Assembly: GCA_903903715.1 (NCBI GenBank)
Contig: CAIUZX010000061.1
Location: 1-36,163, forward strand
DNA length: 36,163 nucleotides
Direction of reading: 5' to 3'
Source: an uncultured Caulobacterales bacterium
GTDB lineage: Bacteria; Pseudomonadota; Alphaproteobacteria; Caulobacterales; Caulobacteraceae
The notes beneath the pieces were generated by a model. The model did no database searches. It was not told the origin of the DNA and saw only the letters and a list, made by a program, of their open reading frames with translations. Below, in pieces: positions 17,300 to 27,293 of the stretch. The translations under genes were made by a program, and so were the position numbers. The stretch's first letter is position 1. Every line of letters starts with the position of its first letter.

Positions 17300-17806
17300 A
17301 TGATGAACACGAATCGATTCCGCATACTCGGGCTTGACCCCGGCCTCGTCCGAACAGGGTGGGGCGTGGTGTCGGTTGACGGCAACCGATTGTCCCACGT
17401 GGCCCACGGCGTCATTTCCCCGTCGGCCAAGGCGGATTTTGCGGAGCGGCTGCTCGTCCTGTTCGATGGCGTCACGCAAGTCATCGCCGATCACGGTCCC
17501 GATGAGGCGGCTGTTGAGGAGGTCTTCGTCAACATGAACCCTTCGTCGACCCTGAAGCTCGGGCATGCGCGCGCCGCCAGCCTCATCGCGCCCGCCAAGG
17601 CGGGCCTGCCTGTGGCCGAATATGCAACGCGCGCTGTCAAGAAGGCGGTGGTTGGCGCGGGTGCGGCGGATAAGGGCCAGATCGGCTTCATGGTCCGCCG
17701 GCTTCTGCCGACCTGCGGCGATCCGGGAGAAGACGCCGCAGATGCTCTGGCGGTCGCCATAGCCCATGCCCATCTCCGTCGATCCATGCAGATGGGGGCG
17801 GCATGA
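17300..17806 (+). CDS. ruvC: Crossover junction endodeoxyribonuclease RuvC.
   Basis: [17 protein letters not shown] (catalytic Asp motif) and [13 protein letters not shown]. It is followed by ruvA with an ATGA overlap. Confidence 0.93.
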   Translation: MMNTNRFRILGLDPGLVRTGWGVVSVDGNRLSHVAHGVISPSAKADFAERLLVLFDGVTQVIADHGPDEAAVEEVFVNMNPSSTLKLGHARAASLIAPAKAGLPVAEYATRAVKKAVVGAGAADKGQIGFMVRRLLPTCGDPGEDAADALAVAIAHAHLRRSMQMGAA

Positions 17807-18414
17807 TCGGTCGGCTCCGCGGCCTTTTGGTCGAGATTGAGGGAGAGGACGCCCTGATCGACGTCAACGGCGTCGGCTATCTCGTCCGCTGCGGCGCGCG
17901 AACGCTGTCCAGGCTTCCGGCGCCGGATGAACACGTGACCCTTCATATTGAAAGCCAGACCCGAGAAGACGGGACGCGGCTGTTCGGCTTCCTGTCGAAG
18001 GGGGACCGGGCGACGTTCGTTCAGCTGCAGGGGATCCAGGGCGTCGGACCGAAGGCGGCGCTGTCGGTGCTCGATATCCTGTCGCCTGCGGAGCTCGCCA
18101 CCGCCGCCGCGCGGGACGACAAGACGGCGGTCGCTCGCGCAAACGGCGTCGGGCCGAAACTGGCTCAGCGGATCGTGACGGAGCTGAAAGGCAAGCCCCT
18201 GGCCGGCGGGATCGACGCGGGCCTGCCGAATGCTATCGGAAGTCCCAGTCAAACCGCCTTTTCCAAGGATGGCGAAGCGCTCGCGGCTCTGGCCGGTCTT
18301 GGCATTCCCGACGCCTCCGCTCGGCGTGCCGTCGAGGCCGCGAAGGCGAGGCTTGATCCTGACGCGTCGTTGAGCGCGCTCATCAAGGCGTCGCTTCAGG
18401 AGGTGGGACGTTGA
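17803..18414 (+). CDS. ruvA: Holliday junction branch migration complex subunit RuvA.
   Basis: [14 protein letters not shown] and the HhH motifs [16 protein letters not shown] and [19 protein letters not shown]. Confidence 0.93.
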   Translation: MIGRLRGLLVEIEGEDALIDVNGVGYLVRCGARTLSRLPAPDEHVTLHIESQTREDGTRLFGFLSKGDRATFVQLQGIQGVGPKAALSVLDILSPAELATAAARDDKTAVARANGVGPKLAQRIVTELKGKPLAGGIDAGLPNAIGSPSQTAFSKDGEALAALAGLGIPDASARRAVEAAKARLDPDASLSALIKASLQEVGR

Positions 18415-19451
18415 CCCGTTTGATGTCGGGCGACCGTGACGCGCGTGAACCTTCGGATCGCGCGCTACGCCCGCAGACACTGGCCGAATTCGTCGGCCAA
18501 CCGAATCTGAAGGCCAATCTCAAGATCTTCATCGATGCGGCCAAGACCCGTGGAGACTCCCTGGACCATGTCCTGCTGTTCGGGCCCCCAGGCCTCGGCA
18601 AGACTACCCTCGCCCAGATCGTCGCCCGCGAGCTGGGGGTCAGTTTTCGCGCAACGGCCGGGCCGGTTCTGGCCAAGGCCGGCGACCTTGCGGCGATCCT
18701 GACAAATCTTGAACCAAGAGATGTCCTCTTCATCGACGAGATCCACCGCTTGCCTCCAGCAGTCGAGGAAATCCTTTACCCGGCGATGGAAGATCATGTG
18801 CTGGATCTCATTATCGGCGAAGGGCCGTCCGCTCGTTCGGTCCGCATCGATCTCGCGCCGTTCACCTTGGTCGCCGCAACGACGCGAGCAGGCCTCCTGG
18901 CCACGCCCTTGCGGGACCGCTTCGGCATCCCGTTGCGGCTTGATTTTTACTCGTCTCAAGACCTCTGCAAGGTGCTTGCACACGCGGCTCGAAAGCTCGG
19001 CGCACCACTGACGCCGGAGGGCGCGGCCGAAATCGCTGGCCGCGCAAGGGGAACACCGCGCGTCGCCGGGCGATTGCTGCGGCGCGTGCGTGACTTCGCC
19101 GAAGCCGAAGGCGCCGCCGAAATTGATCACCAAGTAGCGGCTCGTGCGCTGAAGCGATTGGAAGTCGACGCCCTTGGCCTCGATGGTCTCGACCGCCGTT
19201 ATCTCAACGCCCTCATCACCACCTACGGCGGGGGGCCCGTGGGCGCAGAAACCCTGGCGGCGGCTTTGGCCGAGGCGAGAGACTCGGTTGAGGACGTGAT
19301 CGAGCCTTATCTGCTGCAACAGGGGTTCATCATGCGAACCCCGAGAGGACGGATCGCAGGCGATCTTGCGTATAAGCACCTGGGGCTTTCGCCGCCCACG
19401 TCCGGCCCCCGGATCACCGCCGCCATTGAGTTTGACGGAGACGAGCCTTGA
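18411..19451 (+). CDS. ruvB: Holliday junction DNA helicase RuvB.
   Basis: [12 protein letters not shown], Walker [12 protein letters not shown], Walker [10 protein letters not shown], and [18 protein letters not shown]. The TTG start lies 7 nt after AGGAGG and overlaps the ruvA stop. Confidence 0.95.
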   Translation: MTRLMSGDRDAREPSDRALRPQTLAEFVGQPNLKANLKIFIDAAKTRGDSLDHVLLFGPPGLGKTTLAQIVARELGVSFRATAGPVLAKAGDLAAILTNLEPRDVLFIDEIHRLPPAVEEILYPAMEDHVLDLIIGEGPSARSVRIDLAPFTLVAATTRAGLLATPLRDRFGIPLRLDFYSSQDLCKVLAHAARKLGAPLTPEGAAEIAGRARGTPRVAGRLLRRVRDFAEAEGAAEIDHQVAARALKRLEVDALGLDGLDRRYLNALITTYGGGPVGAETLAAALAEARDSVEDVIEPYLLQQGFIMRTPRGRIAGDLAYKHLGLSPPTSGPRITAAIEFDGDEP

Positions 19452-19918
19452 AAGATGCGCCGCTCGATACGGCCCCTTCCGCCGGATGGTTCGTTGGGCG
19501 CGAGCATCAGCTACCTGTGAGGGTTTATTATGAAGACACCGACTTCACGGGCCTCGTTTATCACGCCAATTATGTTCGCTATTTCGAGCGGGGTCGCTCC
19601 GACTTCCTTCGGCTGGTCGGCGCCGACCATAGCCTACTGCTCGATCGCGCAGACCCCGCAGCCTTCGTGATCACGCGACTGGAAGTCGACTATGTTCGGC
19701 CGGCGCGCATCGACGACGCGTTGCTGGTGCGCACGACCTACGACACATTTCGGGGTGCGAAGCTCACGATTCGGCAATCCATATCGCGTGGGGAGGAAAC
19801 CTTGGCGCGTGCGACGGTTTTCGCCGCCTGCATCGACCTTGCCGGTCGTCCCAGGCGACCACCCTCTGTGCTTGTCGAGCGTGTTCGGCCATGGCTCGCG
19901 CCGGCTTCCGACTCGTGA
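19448..19918 (+). CDS. ybgC: Tol-Pal-associated acyl-CoA thioesterase YbgC (4HBT family).
   Basis: [32 protein letters not shown], positioned immediately upstream of tolQ. The TTG start overlaps the ruvB stop. Confidence 0.85.
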   Translation: MKDAPLDTAPSAGWFVGREHQLPVRVYYEDTDFTGLVYHANYVRYFERGRSDFLRLVGADHSLLLDRADPAAFVITRLEVDYVRPARIDDALLVRTTYDTFRGAKLTIRQSISRGEETLARATVFAACIDLAGRPRRPPSVLVERVRPWLAPASDS

Positions 19919-19994
19919 GCGCGTTCAAACCCCGGGGCCATAGTTTCGTCACCGCGTACAGGCTATACGGCAGTCTCAGGATGTGGAGCCGCAC

Positions 19995-20684
19995 ATGATC
20001 GACAGCTTGACCGTCACCCCGGATAATTTCGGTCTGGTGGCCACCTTTATCCGGGCTGACGTTGTCGTGAAGGGCGTAATGATCAGCCTGATCGGCGCCT
20101 CCGTCTGGTCCTGGACTGTGATCATCGACCGCGCGCTCAGGCTGGGCGCCATGAAGCGCGAAGCCAATCGCTTTGAAGCGGAGCTGGCGCAGGGTCGATC
20201 ATTGGAAGACATGGCCAAGCGGGCGGGCGACGCGCCGCGTCACCCGCTTCCGCAAATGGTGCAGCTTGCTGTGCGGGAAGGCCGAGCCCGCGGCGCGGAT
20301 TCCGGTTTAGTCCTGACCGCCTTGGATCGATCCATGGAAAGCTTGATTTCGGCAGCAGGACGCCGCGCTAGCGAAGGGCTCGGCGCGCTGTCCATCGTCG
20401 CCACGGCCTCGCCCTTTGTCGGGCTGTTCGGGACGGTGTGGGGCATCATGAACGCATTCCGAAATATCGCGGTCATGAAAAATACGAACCTGACGGTCGT
20501 TGCGCCGGCGATTTCGGAGGCCCTGTTTGCAACAGCGTTCGGTCTTGCCGCCGCTATCCCCGCCTACATCGCCTACAACACCTTCTCGATTGATCAGCAG
20601 CGGCTCATCAGCCGACTGGAAAGCTTCGCAGACGACCTTGCGGCTGCGGTGGCGCGCCGGCTCTCTGAACGGGGAGGGGTCTGA
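19995..20684 (+). CDS. tolQ: Tol-Pal system protein TolQ (MotA/TolQ/ExbB channel family).
   Basis: Three TM segments. Motifs: LSIVATASPFVGLFGTVWGIMNAF and APAISEALFATAFGLAAAIPA. The ATG at 19995 lies 6 nt after GGAG; an in-frame GTG at 19983 is an alternative start. Confidence 0.9.
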   Translation: MIDSLTVTPDNFGLVATFIRADVVVKGVMISLIGASVWSWTVIIDRALRLGAMKREANRFEAELAQGRSLEDMAKRAGDAPRHPLPQMVQLAVREGRARGADSGLVLTALDRSMESLISAAGRRASEGLGALSIVATASPFVGLFGTVWGIMNAFRNIAVMKNTNLTVVAPAISEALFATAFGLAAAIPAYIAYNTFSIDQQRLISRLESFADDLAAAVARRLSERGGV

Positions 20685-20686
20685 CC

Positions 20687-21157
20687 GTGGCGTCGGGCGG
20701 CGTCAGGATGTCGTCCAGCGGACGCCGTCGGCGGTCACGTGGACATGCGGCGCTGACCGAAATCAACGTCACGCCGCTGGTCGACGTGATGCTTGTGCTT
20801 TTGATCATCTTCATGGTCTCGGCGCCGCTTCTGACCGTGGCTGTCCCAGTCGATCTTCCCAAGACGGACGCCGGAGCGGTGGATGAGCAGACTGCGCCCT
20901 TGACCGTGACGATCCGTCGCGATGGTTCGGTTTTTCTGCAGGAAGACGCGGTCGCCCTCGATGAGCTGGCGCCTCGACTTCTGGCGCGGTCCGGGCCAGG
21001 TTCAAAGAAGCCGGTCTTTGTGCGGGCTGACGGCGCCGCCGCCTACGCCATCGTCGCCCAGGTCATGGCCAAGCTGTCGAGCAACGGATTCTCCAACATC
21101 AACCTTGTCACGGACACGACGGCCGAGCCCGCGAAGTCCGTGCTGCGTCGACCGTGA
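20687..21157 (+). CDS. tolR: Tol-Pal system protein TolR (ExbD/TolR family).
   Basis: EINVTPLVDVMLVLLIIFMV is the hallmark ExbD/TolR TM segment with the conserved Asp. The start is GTG at 20687; the ATG at 20708 is an alternative. Confidence 0.88.
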   Translation: MASGGVRMSSSGRRRRSRGHAALTEINVTPLVDVMLVLLIIFMVSAPLLTVAVPVDLPKTDAGAVDEQTAPLTVTIRRDGSVFLQEDAVALDELAPRLLARSGPGSKKPVFVRADGAAAYAIVAQVMAKLSSNGFSNINLVTDTTAEPAKSVLRRP

Positions 21158-21969
21158 TGGCGGGCGCCATGGGTCCCGCTTACGGCGTTCAACAGCCCCG
21201 TGGCGGCCGGTTTCCGGCGCTCGTTGGCGCGATCATCCTGCACGCCGCAGTGATCGGCCTGGGCTATCTCGGCTTCATTTCGGCGCCGCCGCCGCATGTT
21301 GTTGAAGTGACTCCGATTTCCCTCGTCACCGCCAGCGCCATTTCCAACGCGAGCGCGGCGGTTCAGGCGAAGGAGACCCTGAAGGCCAGCGCTCCCGAAC
21401 CCGAGCCGCAACCCAAGCCCGCGCCGGCGCCCCAACAACCGGTCGCCAAACCGGCGCCGCCGGAAAAGCTCGATCTGGATCATCTGGCGAAGGCTCACCC
21501 TGCGAAGTCTCTTGATCTTGATCAGCTCGCCCGAACCGGAAAACCACAGGCGAGGTCCCTGGACCTGGCAAGTCTCGCCGAGGGCCGCCCGAACGCGACG
21601 CAGCGTGGGCCAGCCCACGCTGAGACCGCCGACATTGCGCGCAAAGCCGTGGGTGCGGGAACCGGACTTTCGGCAGACGCACGGTCTTACCTCGCCGGAA
21701 AGCTGATCCCGCTTTGGAATCCCAACTGCGGGGTGGAAGACACCGCAAATGTCGTTGTGAGGGTGAATATAAAGCTGTCGCCGGAGGGCCGACTGCTATC
21801 GGTCAAAGATATGACCGGCGCTGAAAACGCTGTCACCCGCGCTGCGGCGTTGCGGGCGTTGACTGCGGTCAAACAGGCCGATCCTTACGACGGTTTGCCG
21901 CGGGAAGAGTACACGGTATGGCGGGATGTGAACTTCAACTTCATTGCCAAGGACGCATGTCGCCGATGA
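21157..21969 (+). CDS. tolA: TolA-like cell envelope integrity protein.
   Basis: The call rests on position between tolR and tolB. The protein has an N-terminal TM anchor ([22 protein letters not shown]), a Pro/Ala/Lys-rich spacer, and a TonB/TolA-like C-terminal domain ([25 protein letters not shown]). Confidence 0.7.
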   Translation: MAGAMGPAYGVQQPRGGRFPALVGAIILHAAVIGLGYLGFISAPPPHVVEVTPISLVTASAISNASAAVQAKETLKASAPEPEPQPKPAPAPQQPVAKPAPPEKLDLDHLAKAHPAKSLDLDQLARTGKPQARSLDLASLAEGRPNATQRGPAHAETADIARKAVGAGTGLSADARSYLAGKLIPLWNPNCGVEDTANVVVRVNIKLSPEGRLLSVKDMTGAENAVTRAAALRALTAVKQADPYDGLPREEYTVWRDVNFNFIAKDACRR

Positions 21970-23294
21970 ACGGTTTTGTGCGATTTCATAGATCCTGCCT
22001 GATCCTTCTCGCGACCTTGGCGATTGCGGTTACAGGGGCGCAAACCGCCTTTGCGGGTGTCGATGTCGACATCAATCAAGGCAATGTCCAACCCGCGCCG
22101 ATCGCCATTCCCCCGTTTCGTGGGGTGGACGCAAAGACCCAGGCCCTCGGGGATGACATTGTTCAGGTCATCGCCGGAAATCTCGAACGATCAGGCTATT
22201 TCAGGCCTCTCGCGCCGGCGGCCATGGTCGAGAAGAACCTGGACGTCAACGTTCTTCCCAGGTTCGCCGACTGGAAGTCCGTGAACGCCCAATATCTCGT
22301 CAATGGTCAGGTCTCCCAGGATGCGGACGGCCGACTTCAGGTCGATGTCCGGCTCTGGAGCGTGTTCAATGAGCAGCAGTTGGTGGGCGTTCAGTTCACC
22401 GCGACGGCCGACAACTGGCGCAGGATCGCCCACAAGATTTCCGACGCGGTCTACAAACAGCTGACAGGTGAAGACGGCTATTTCGACACCCGGATCGTCT
22501 TCGTCGCGGAAAGCGGGGCGCGCGGCAAGCGGATCTCGCGGCTCGCCATCATGGATCAGGACGGCGCCAATCCCAGCTATCTCAGTGACGGCGGCTACAT
22601 CGTCATGACTCCTCGGTTTTCGACAAATACACAGGAAATCACCTACACGGCGCTCCGGCCTGACAGCGCCCGCATTTATCTGTTCAATATCGAGACCGCC
22701 CGTCATGAGGTACTCGGTCAGGCCGCAGGCATGGTCTTCGCTCCGCGGTTTTCTCCTGATGGGCAGAAGGTTGCTTTCTCCCTCTCGCGGAACGGGAACA
22801 CCGACATCTTCGTAAAGGACCTGAGGTCCGGCGCTCAGACACGGCTGACGGACGATCCTGCCATCGACACGTCACCATCCTATTCGCCCGACGGATCAAA
22901 GATCGTGTTCAACTCTGACCGCGGCGGTTCTCCGCAGCTCTATGTCATGAACGCTGACGGCAGTAGCCAAAAGCGCCTCAGCTATGGCGCAGGTCGCTAT
23001 ACGACACCCGTATGGAGCCCGCGCGGCGACCTGATCGCCTTCACCAAACAGGAAGGTTCGATCTTCCATATCGGCGTCATGAAGCCCGACGGCACAGGTG
23101 AACGTCTGCTCACCAGTTCCTATCTTGATGAAGGCCCGACGTGGGCGCCCAATGGACGCGTTCTGATGTTCAGTCGCGAAACCCGGGGTGGAGCGCCCAA
23201 GCTCTGGATGGTCAACGTCAACGGTCAGAACGAGCGCCCGTCTCCGTATCCAGGTTCCGCGACGGATCCGGCCTGGTCGCCGCTTTTGAAGTGA
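21966..23294 (+). CDS. tolB: Tol-Pal system beta-propeller protein TolB.
   Basis: The ATG at 21966 overlaps the tolA stop (ATGA). Signal peptide: [30 protein letters not shown]. Repeated propeller motifs: [46 protein letters not shown]. Confidence 0.92.
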   Translation: MNGFVRFHRSCLILLATLAIAVTGAQTAFAGVDVDINQGNVQPAPIAIPPFRGVDAKTQALGDDIVQVIAGNLERSGYFRPLAPAAMVEKNLDVNVLPRFADWKSVNAQYLVNGQVSQDADGRLQVDVRLWSVFNEQQLVGVQFTATADNWRRIAHKISDAVYKQLTGEDGYFDTRIVFVAESGARGKRISRLAIMDQDGANPSYLSDGGYIVMTPRFSTNTQEITYTALRPDSARIYLFNIETARHEVLGQAAGMVFAPRFSPDGQKVAFSLSRNGNTDIFVKDLRSGAQTRLTDDPAIDTSPSYSPDGSKIVFNSDRGGSPQLYVMNADGSSQKRLSYGAGRYTTPVWSPRGDLIAFTKQEGSIFHIGVMKPDGTGERLLTSSYLDEGPTWAPNGRVLMFSRETRGGAPKLWMVNVNGQNERPSPYPGSATDPAWSPLLK

Positions 23295-23425
23295 AAGATC
23301 TTGTTTGCTCCACCTGCGCGTTGTTCTCGACGTCGCTCGGAAATGCTAATATCCCGCCGTTGGGTGGCTTTTGAGTTTAATCTATGGGCGCATAACCGCG
23401 TCCCTTCAGCCGAAGGATTTGCACC

Positions 23426-23977
23426 ATGAAGACCATGTCGCCCTCCTGGGGCAAACTCGCGGCTTCCGTCGCCCTCACCGCTGCGCTCGCCGCGTGCGCG
23501 ACCAAGCCGCCTCCGGCTCCCGTCCCGACGCCTGCGCCGCCTCCACCGCCCGCTCCTGTGGCCGTCGCGCCGCCGCCCGCGCCCAGACCCGCACCGGTTG
23601 GACCAAAGCCTGGCTCTTTGCAGGACTTCGTCGTGAACGCCGGCGAGAGGGTTTATTTCGACTTCGATCAGTATGCGATCCGCGCCGACGGCAAGGCTGT
23701 CCTCGCTGCGCAGGCGGCCTGGTTGAACCGCTATTCGCAGGTTGCAGTCCGTGTCGAGGGCAATTGCGATGAACGCGGGACGAGGGACTACAACCTCGCG
23801 CTGGGCGCCCGCCGCGCCGAAGCGATCAAGACCTACCTGATCGCACAGGGCGTCGCCGCCTCGCGCATCACGACGATCTCCTACGGAAAAGAGCAGCCTG
23901 TCGATTCCGGGACCGGCGAAGACGCCTGGGCTCATAATCGTAATGGCCATACCGCGCTGACCGGCGGTGTGAAATAA
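23426..23977 (+). CDS. pal: Peptidoglycan-associated lipoprotein Pal (OmpA-like domain).
   Basis: It has a lipobox LAAC, a Pro-rich linker, and the OmpA-C motif VRVEGNCDERGTRDYNLALGARRAEAIKTYL. Confidence 0.92.
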   Translation: MKTMSPSWGKLAASVALTAALAACATKPPPAPVPTPAPPPPPAPVAVAPPPAPRPAPVGPKPGSLQDFVVNAGERVYFDFDQYAIRADGKAVLAAQAAWLNRYSQVAVRVEGNCDERGTRDYNLALGARRAEAIKTYLIAQGVAASRITTISYGKEQPVDSGTGEDAWAHNRNGHTALTGGVK

Positions 23978-23983
23978 GACCAG

Positions 23984-24028
23984 CTGGCGCGTCGCAGGTT
24001 TATCCCGACGGCGCGCCAGACTCGTTTT
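23984..24028 (+). terminator. Possible terminator or attenuator after pal.
   Basis: CTGGCGCG (23984-23991) pairs with CGCGCCAG (24012-24019), followed by ACTCGTTTT. The U-tract is short. Confidence 0.45.
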
Positions 24029-24072
24029 CCACGCCTAGGTGGGTGAAATCGCGCGTTCGCCTGAGACACGAA

Positions 24073-24978
24073 ATGGAACGCAAGATCATGCTTCAATCAC
24101 ATTCTAGCGGCACGACCTTCGCCGGACGGCAGCCGCTCTTGTGCGCCGCCTTCGTGGCCTTATCGGTCTTGTCGATCACGGCGCCCGCTCGCGCAGCAGA
24201 TGATCCGGGTCGCGTGGAGCGGCTCGAGAAGCAGGTCAAGGAGTTGCGCGCCATCGTCTATCAGGCGCGCGACACGGGGCATCCTGTGGAGGTCAGGCCA
24301 GAGGGCCCCGATCCTGCCGTGGCGGCGTTGACTCAGCGCGTTGACGATCTTGAAGTCACGCTTCGCAAACTGCAGGGCGAGTTGGAACAGTCCAATCATG
24401 GCGCCGATCTGGCGCGGACGGCCCTTGACGCAGAACGAACAGACCGCACGACCCAGGTCCAGGGCCTCACCGACCGGGTGACCCGGCTGGAGAGTGAAGT
24501 GGTGACGCTGACGTCGCCGCCGCCGCCGCCCGCGGATACCCACGCACGCCACTCTGAAAAGCCGACCGCCGCCGCTGAGCCCGCCTCTGACAATAGTGGA
24601 GAATTCAAGACCGCGCGCAGCCTGCTTGTGTCAGGTGACTACGGCGGCGCGGCGCAGGCCTTCCAGACCTTTGTGACGTCCCATCCCAACGACCCCAAGA
24701 CGGCCGAGGCCTATTACTGGCTGGGCGAAAGCTATTCGGTTCGAGACCTGCACGGTGACGCCACTGCTGCATATGCGCGCGCTCTGAAGGGGTGGCCAAA
24801 GTCGTCCTGGGCGCCCGATGCCGTCATCAAGCTGTCTCGGTCACTCGCCGCAACGCAACGCACGACTGACGCATGCGCAGCCATGGGAGAGTTCTCGCGG
24901 CGATATGAAAAAACCGCCACGCCGACGTTGAAAACGCGGGCGGCGCAGACGCGTGACAAATTGGGCTGCGGAGGCTAG
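24073..24978 (+). CDS. cpoB: Tol-Pal system protein CpoB/YbgF (coiled coil plus TPR).
   Basis: The call rests on position after pal. It has an N-terminal coiled coil (VERLEKQVKELRAIVYQ, LEVTLRKLQGELEQ) and a C-terminal TPR (AEAYYWLGESY, WAPDAVIKLSRSL). The start is ambiguous: GTG 24043, ATG 24073 or ATG 24088. Confidence 0.8.
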   Translation: MERKIMLQSHSSGTTFAGRQPLLCAAFVALSVLSITAPARAADDPGRVERLEKQVKELRAIVYQARDTGHPVEVRPEGPDPAVAALTQRVDDLEVTLRKLQGELEQSNHGADLARTALDAERTDRTTQVQGLTDRVTRLESEVVTLTSPPPPPADTHARHSEKPTAAAEPASDNSGEFKTARSLLVSGDYGGAAQAFQTFVTSHPNDPKTAEAYYWLGESYSVRDLHGDATAAYARALKGWPKSSWAPDAVIKLSRSLAATQRTTDACAAMGEFSRRYEKTATPTLKTRAAQTRDKLGCGG

Positions 24979-24986
24979 GCGCCGCC

Positions 24987-26249
24987 TTGCAAAATGCGGC
25001 CTTCGAAGGGCCTCTTCGATCTGTTGTCGAAGCGATCGACACAAGGCTTGATCTGTCCAGCGAGAGGCCGATCGCTGTCGCGTTCTCCGGCGGTGGAGAC
25101 AGTCTGGCTCTGTTGATCGCCACTGTTTCCTACGCGCAAAGAGTGGGGCGCAGGGTCGTCGCCTTGACTGTCGATCACCAGTTGTCTCCCGACAGTCCTG
25201 GCTGGACCGAACTCGCAAGGATCAACGCCGGGAAGCTCGGTGCGGATTGGAAAGGCCTAGTTTGGGCCGGCCAAAAGCCTTCTACAGGTCTGCCGGCTGC
25301 GGCCCGACGGGCGCGTCATACACTCATAGCGGATGCTGCGCGGGACGCCGGTGCGCGCGTCATCCTGTTCGGCCACACAGCAGATGATGTGATCGAGGCG
25401 ATTGAAATGCGCGCTTCCGAGACGCCAGGTCTTGGAATTCCCCAAGTCTGGGGCGCTTCGCCTGTCTGGCCTGCCGGACGGGGACTCGTCCTTTTTCGCC
25501 CGCTGCTGAACACGCGTCGTGAGACCCTGCGGTCGGCGTTGCGACATCACGGGATGAGCTGGGTCGACGATCCCACGAACCTCGACTCGCGCTTCGCCCG
25601 TGGCCGAACCAGACTGCGATTGTTGGGATCTACTGACATCGCCCTTCCAAACGTTGAAACTTCCAGTCCGGATCTTTTGGCATTCGCATCGGGCGTGTCG
25701 TTTTCGGAATGGGGCGAGGCCCACGCTGAGATTGAAGCGCTCCAGGCTTTAGAACGACCTGACAGGTTTCGGGCACTGGGGGCGTTGCTGACGTGTGTCA
25801 GTGGCGCGGAGCGTCCGCCCAGACCGAAGCGGATCGCGCGGCTTCTTGATCGTCTTGCCATTGGAACCGCGGGGACGGTCACCCTCGCCGGAGCCCTCGT
25901 TGTCCTCGAAGATCAGTGTTTCCGGGTCATGCGGGAGGTAGGGGACGCGAGGTCGGAAAGACCTGACGCAACCGACGTGTTTGACGGTCGGTTTCTGTCG
26001 AACGCGGTCAAAGACTTAGATTGGCTTAAGGGTAAGATGCGAAAACTGGATCCTGAAGGTCGTGCGCAGTTGAGGCACATCCATCCCAGGCAGCGCCCGA
26101 GCCTTCCCGTTTGGCAAGACGGTGACGGTGTGGTCCATCTGGCGCGAAATATGGGTGGGAACGGGCCGTTGATCCAAAGTCTTGCAAAAGCGCGATTTTG
26201 TCTAGCTTGCGGCGTTGCGCAGCGGGAAGGCGATCTTGATGCGCTTTGA
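24987..26249 (+). CDS. tilS: tRNA(Ile)-lysidine synthase TilS.
   Basis: PP-loop motif IAVAFSGGGDSLALL, then HTADDVIEAIEMR and WVDDPTNLDSRFARGRTR. The start codon is TTG. Confidence 0.85.
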   Translation: MQNAAFEGPLRSVVEAIDTRLDLSSERPIAVAFSGGGDSLALLIATVSYAQRVGRRVVALTVDHQLSPDSPGWTELARINAGKLGADWKGLVWAGQKPSTGLPAAARRARHTLIADAARDAGARVILFGHTADDVIEAIEMRASETPGLGIPQVWGASPVWPAGRGLVLFRPLLNTRRETLRSALRHHGMSWVDDPTNLDSRFARGRTRLRLLGSTDIALPNVETSSPDLLAFASGVSFSEWGEAHAEIEALQALERPDRFRALGALLTCVSGAERPPRPKRIARLLDRLAIGTAGTVTLAGALVVLEDQCFRVMREVGDARSERPDATDVFDGRFLSNAVKDLDWLKGKMRKLDPEGRAQLRHIHPRQRPSLPVWQDGDGVVHLARNMGGNGPLIQSLAKARFCLACGVAQREGDLDAL

Positions 26250-26273
26250 TGTGGCAGGAGAGGGACGAAAACG

Positions 26274-27293
26274 TTGACCGAAAACTTCCCAACCTTCGAG
26301 TCCCCATCAGCTTATCCAGATTGGGCGGACTTTGGTCTGACCGACGATGTGAGACCCGCATTACTCCAAGCCAGGGCGCGTTCGGAACCCGCAGCGCTGG
26401 TCATCCTGATCGCCGCGGATGGAGGTTCGCCGCGACCTGCAGGAACTCAGATGCTGATCACGCAAGATCGCCTGTGCGGTTTCCTGTCGGGAGGTTGCGT
26501 GGAAGCCGACGTCGCTGCTCATGGACGAGCCGCCTTGATCGATGGTCATCCTCGTCGCCTGGTCTATGGCGAAGGCAGCCCATGGCCGGACATCCGTCTT
26601 CTCTGCGGCGCGAGGATCGAGCTCCTCGTTGAACCACTCGCCGCGGATGATCATGCTGCAGCGACTTGGCTTGCTCTATTTGAGCGCCGTCGGCCGGCGA
26701 TCTGGCAAACCGATGGCCATCAACGCCAATGCAAAGAGGGGCAATTTACAGGCCTATACCCGTCGATTTCAACGTCCTGGTCTCCGTTCTCGGTGTCACT
26801 GTCCTCGCCGCCTCAGAAGCGGATGATTGTGGTCGGTGGGGACCCAACGGCATTGGCCATCACGAGACTGGCCATTGATCTAGGTTACCAAACCCACCTT
26901 GTTCGACCGCGCGGACCTGTCACGCCCCCTTCCAACCTCGCCGTCAACTATTGGCGCAGCGAGGCGCCCGACGCTTTTGCAGAGATCGGACTGGACCCCT
27001 GGACCTTCGTCGCCGTCGCCACTCATGACACAGAACTTGATGAGGACGCGCTTACCGCTGCGCTTGCGTCTCCCGCGCCCTATGTAGGCGTGCTCGGCGC
27101 CAGACGCCGCTTACCCGAAAGACTCGAGAGACTAAAACGTCGCGGGGTGTCGGCAGAACATTTGCGCCGACTTCGCGGTCCCATTGGACTTGATCTGGGC
27201 GGCAAGTCGCCCTTTGAAATTGCCGTTGGCGTTATGGCTGAAGCGACGGCGCTGGTGAATGACGCAGCGATCTCCAAGCGCGCCTCAACCTAA
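26274..27293 (+). CDS. XdhC/CoxI-family accessory protein (molybdenum cofactor insertion chaperone family).
   Basis: N-terminal XdhC_CoxI-like segment: ALVILIAADGGSPRPAGTQMLI..GFLSGGCVEADV. C-terminal Rossmann-like XdhC_C segment: MIVVGGDPTALAITRLAIDLGY, VAVATHDTELDEDAL, YVGVLGARRR, GPIGLDLGGKSPFEIAVGVMAE. The TTG start lies 24 nt after the tilS stop. Confidence 0.8.
   Translation: MTENFPTFESPSAYPDWADFGLTDDVRPALLQARARSEPAALVILIAADGGSPRPAGTQMLITQDRLCGFLSGGCVEADVAAHGRAALIDGHPRRLVYGEGSPWPDIRLLCGARIELLVEPLAADDHAAATWLALFERRRPAIWQTDGHQRQCKEGQFTGLYPSISTSWSPFSVSLSSPPQKRMIVVGGDPTALAITRLAIDLGYQTHLVRPRGPVTPPSNLAVNYWRSEAPDAFAEIGLDPWTFVAVATHDTELDEDALTAALASPAPYVGVLGARRRLPERLERLKRRGVSAEHLRRLRGPIGLDLGGKSPFEIAVGVMAEATALVNDAAISKRAST

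Noticed and set aside
17491-19379. Long minus-strand ORFs (329 aa and 304 aa) opposite ruvC/ruvA/ruvB.
   Set aside because: These are shadow ORFs. The plus-strand frames carry the RuvA HhH and RuvB Walker motifs.
23225-23950. A 241-aa minus-strand ORF opposite pal.
   Set aside because: It is a shadow ORF with Arg/Gly-rich runs. Pal on the plus strand has a lipobox and an OmpA-like domain.
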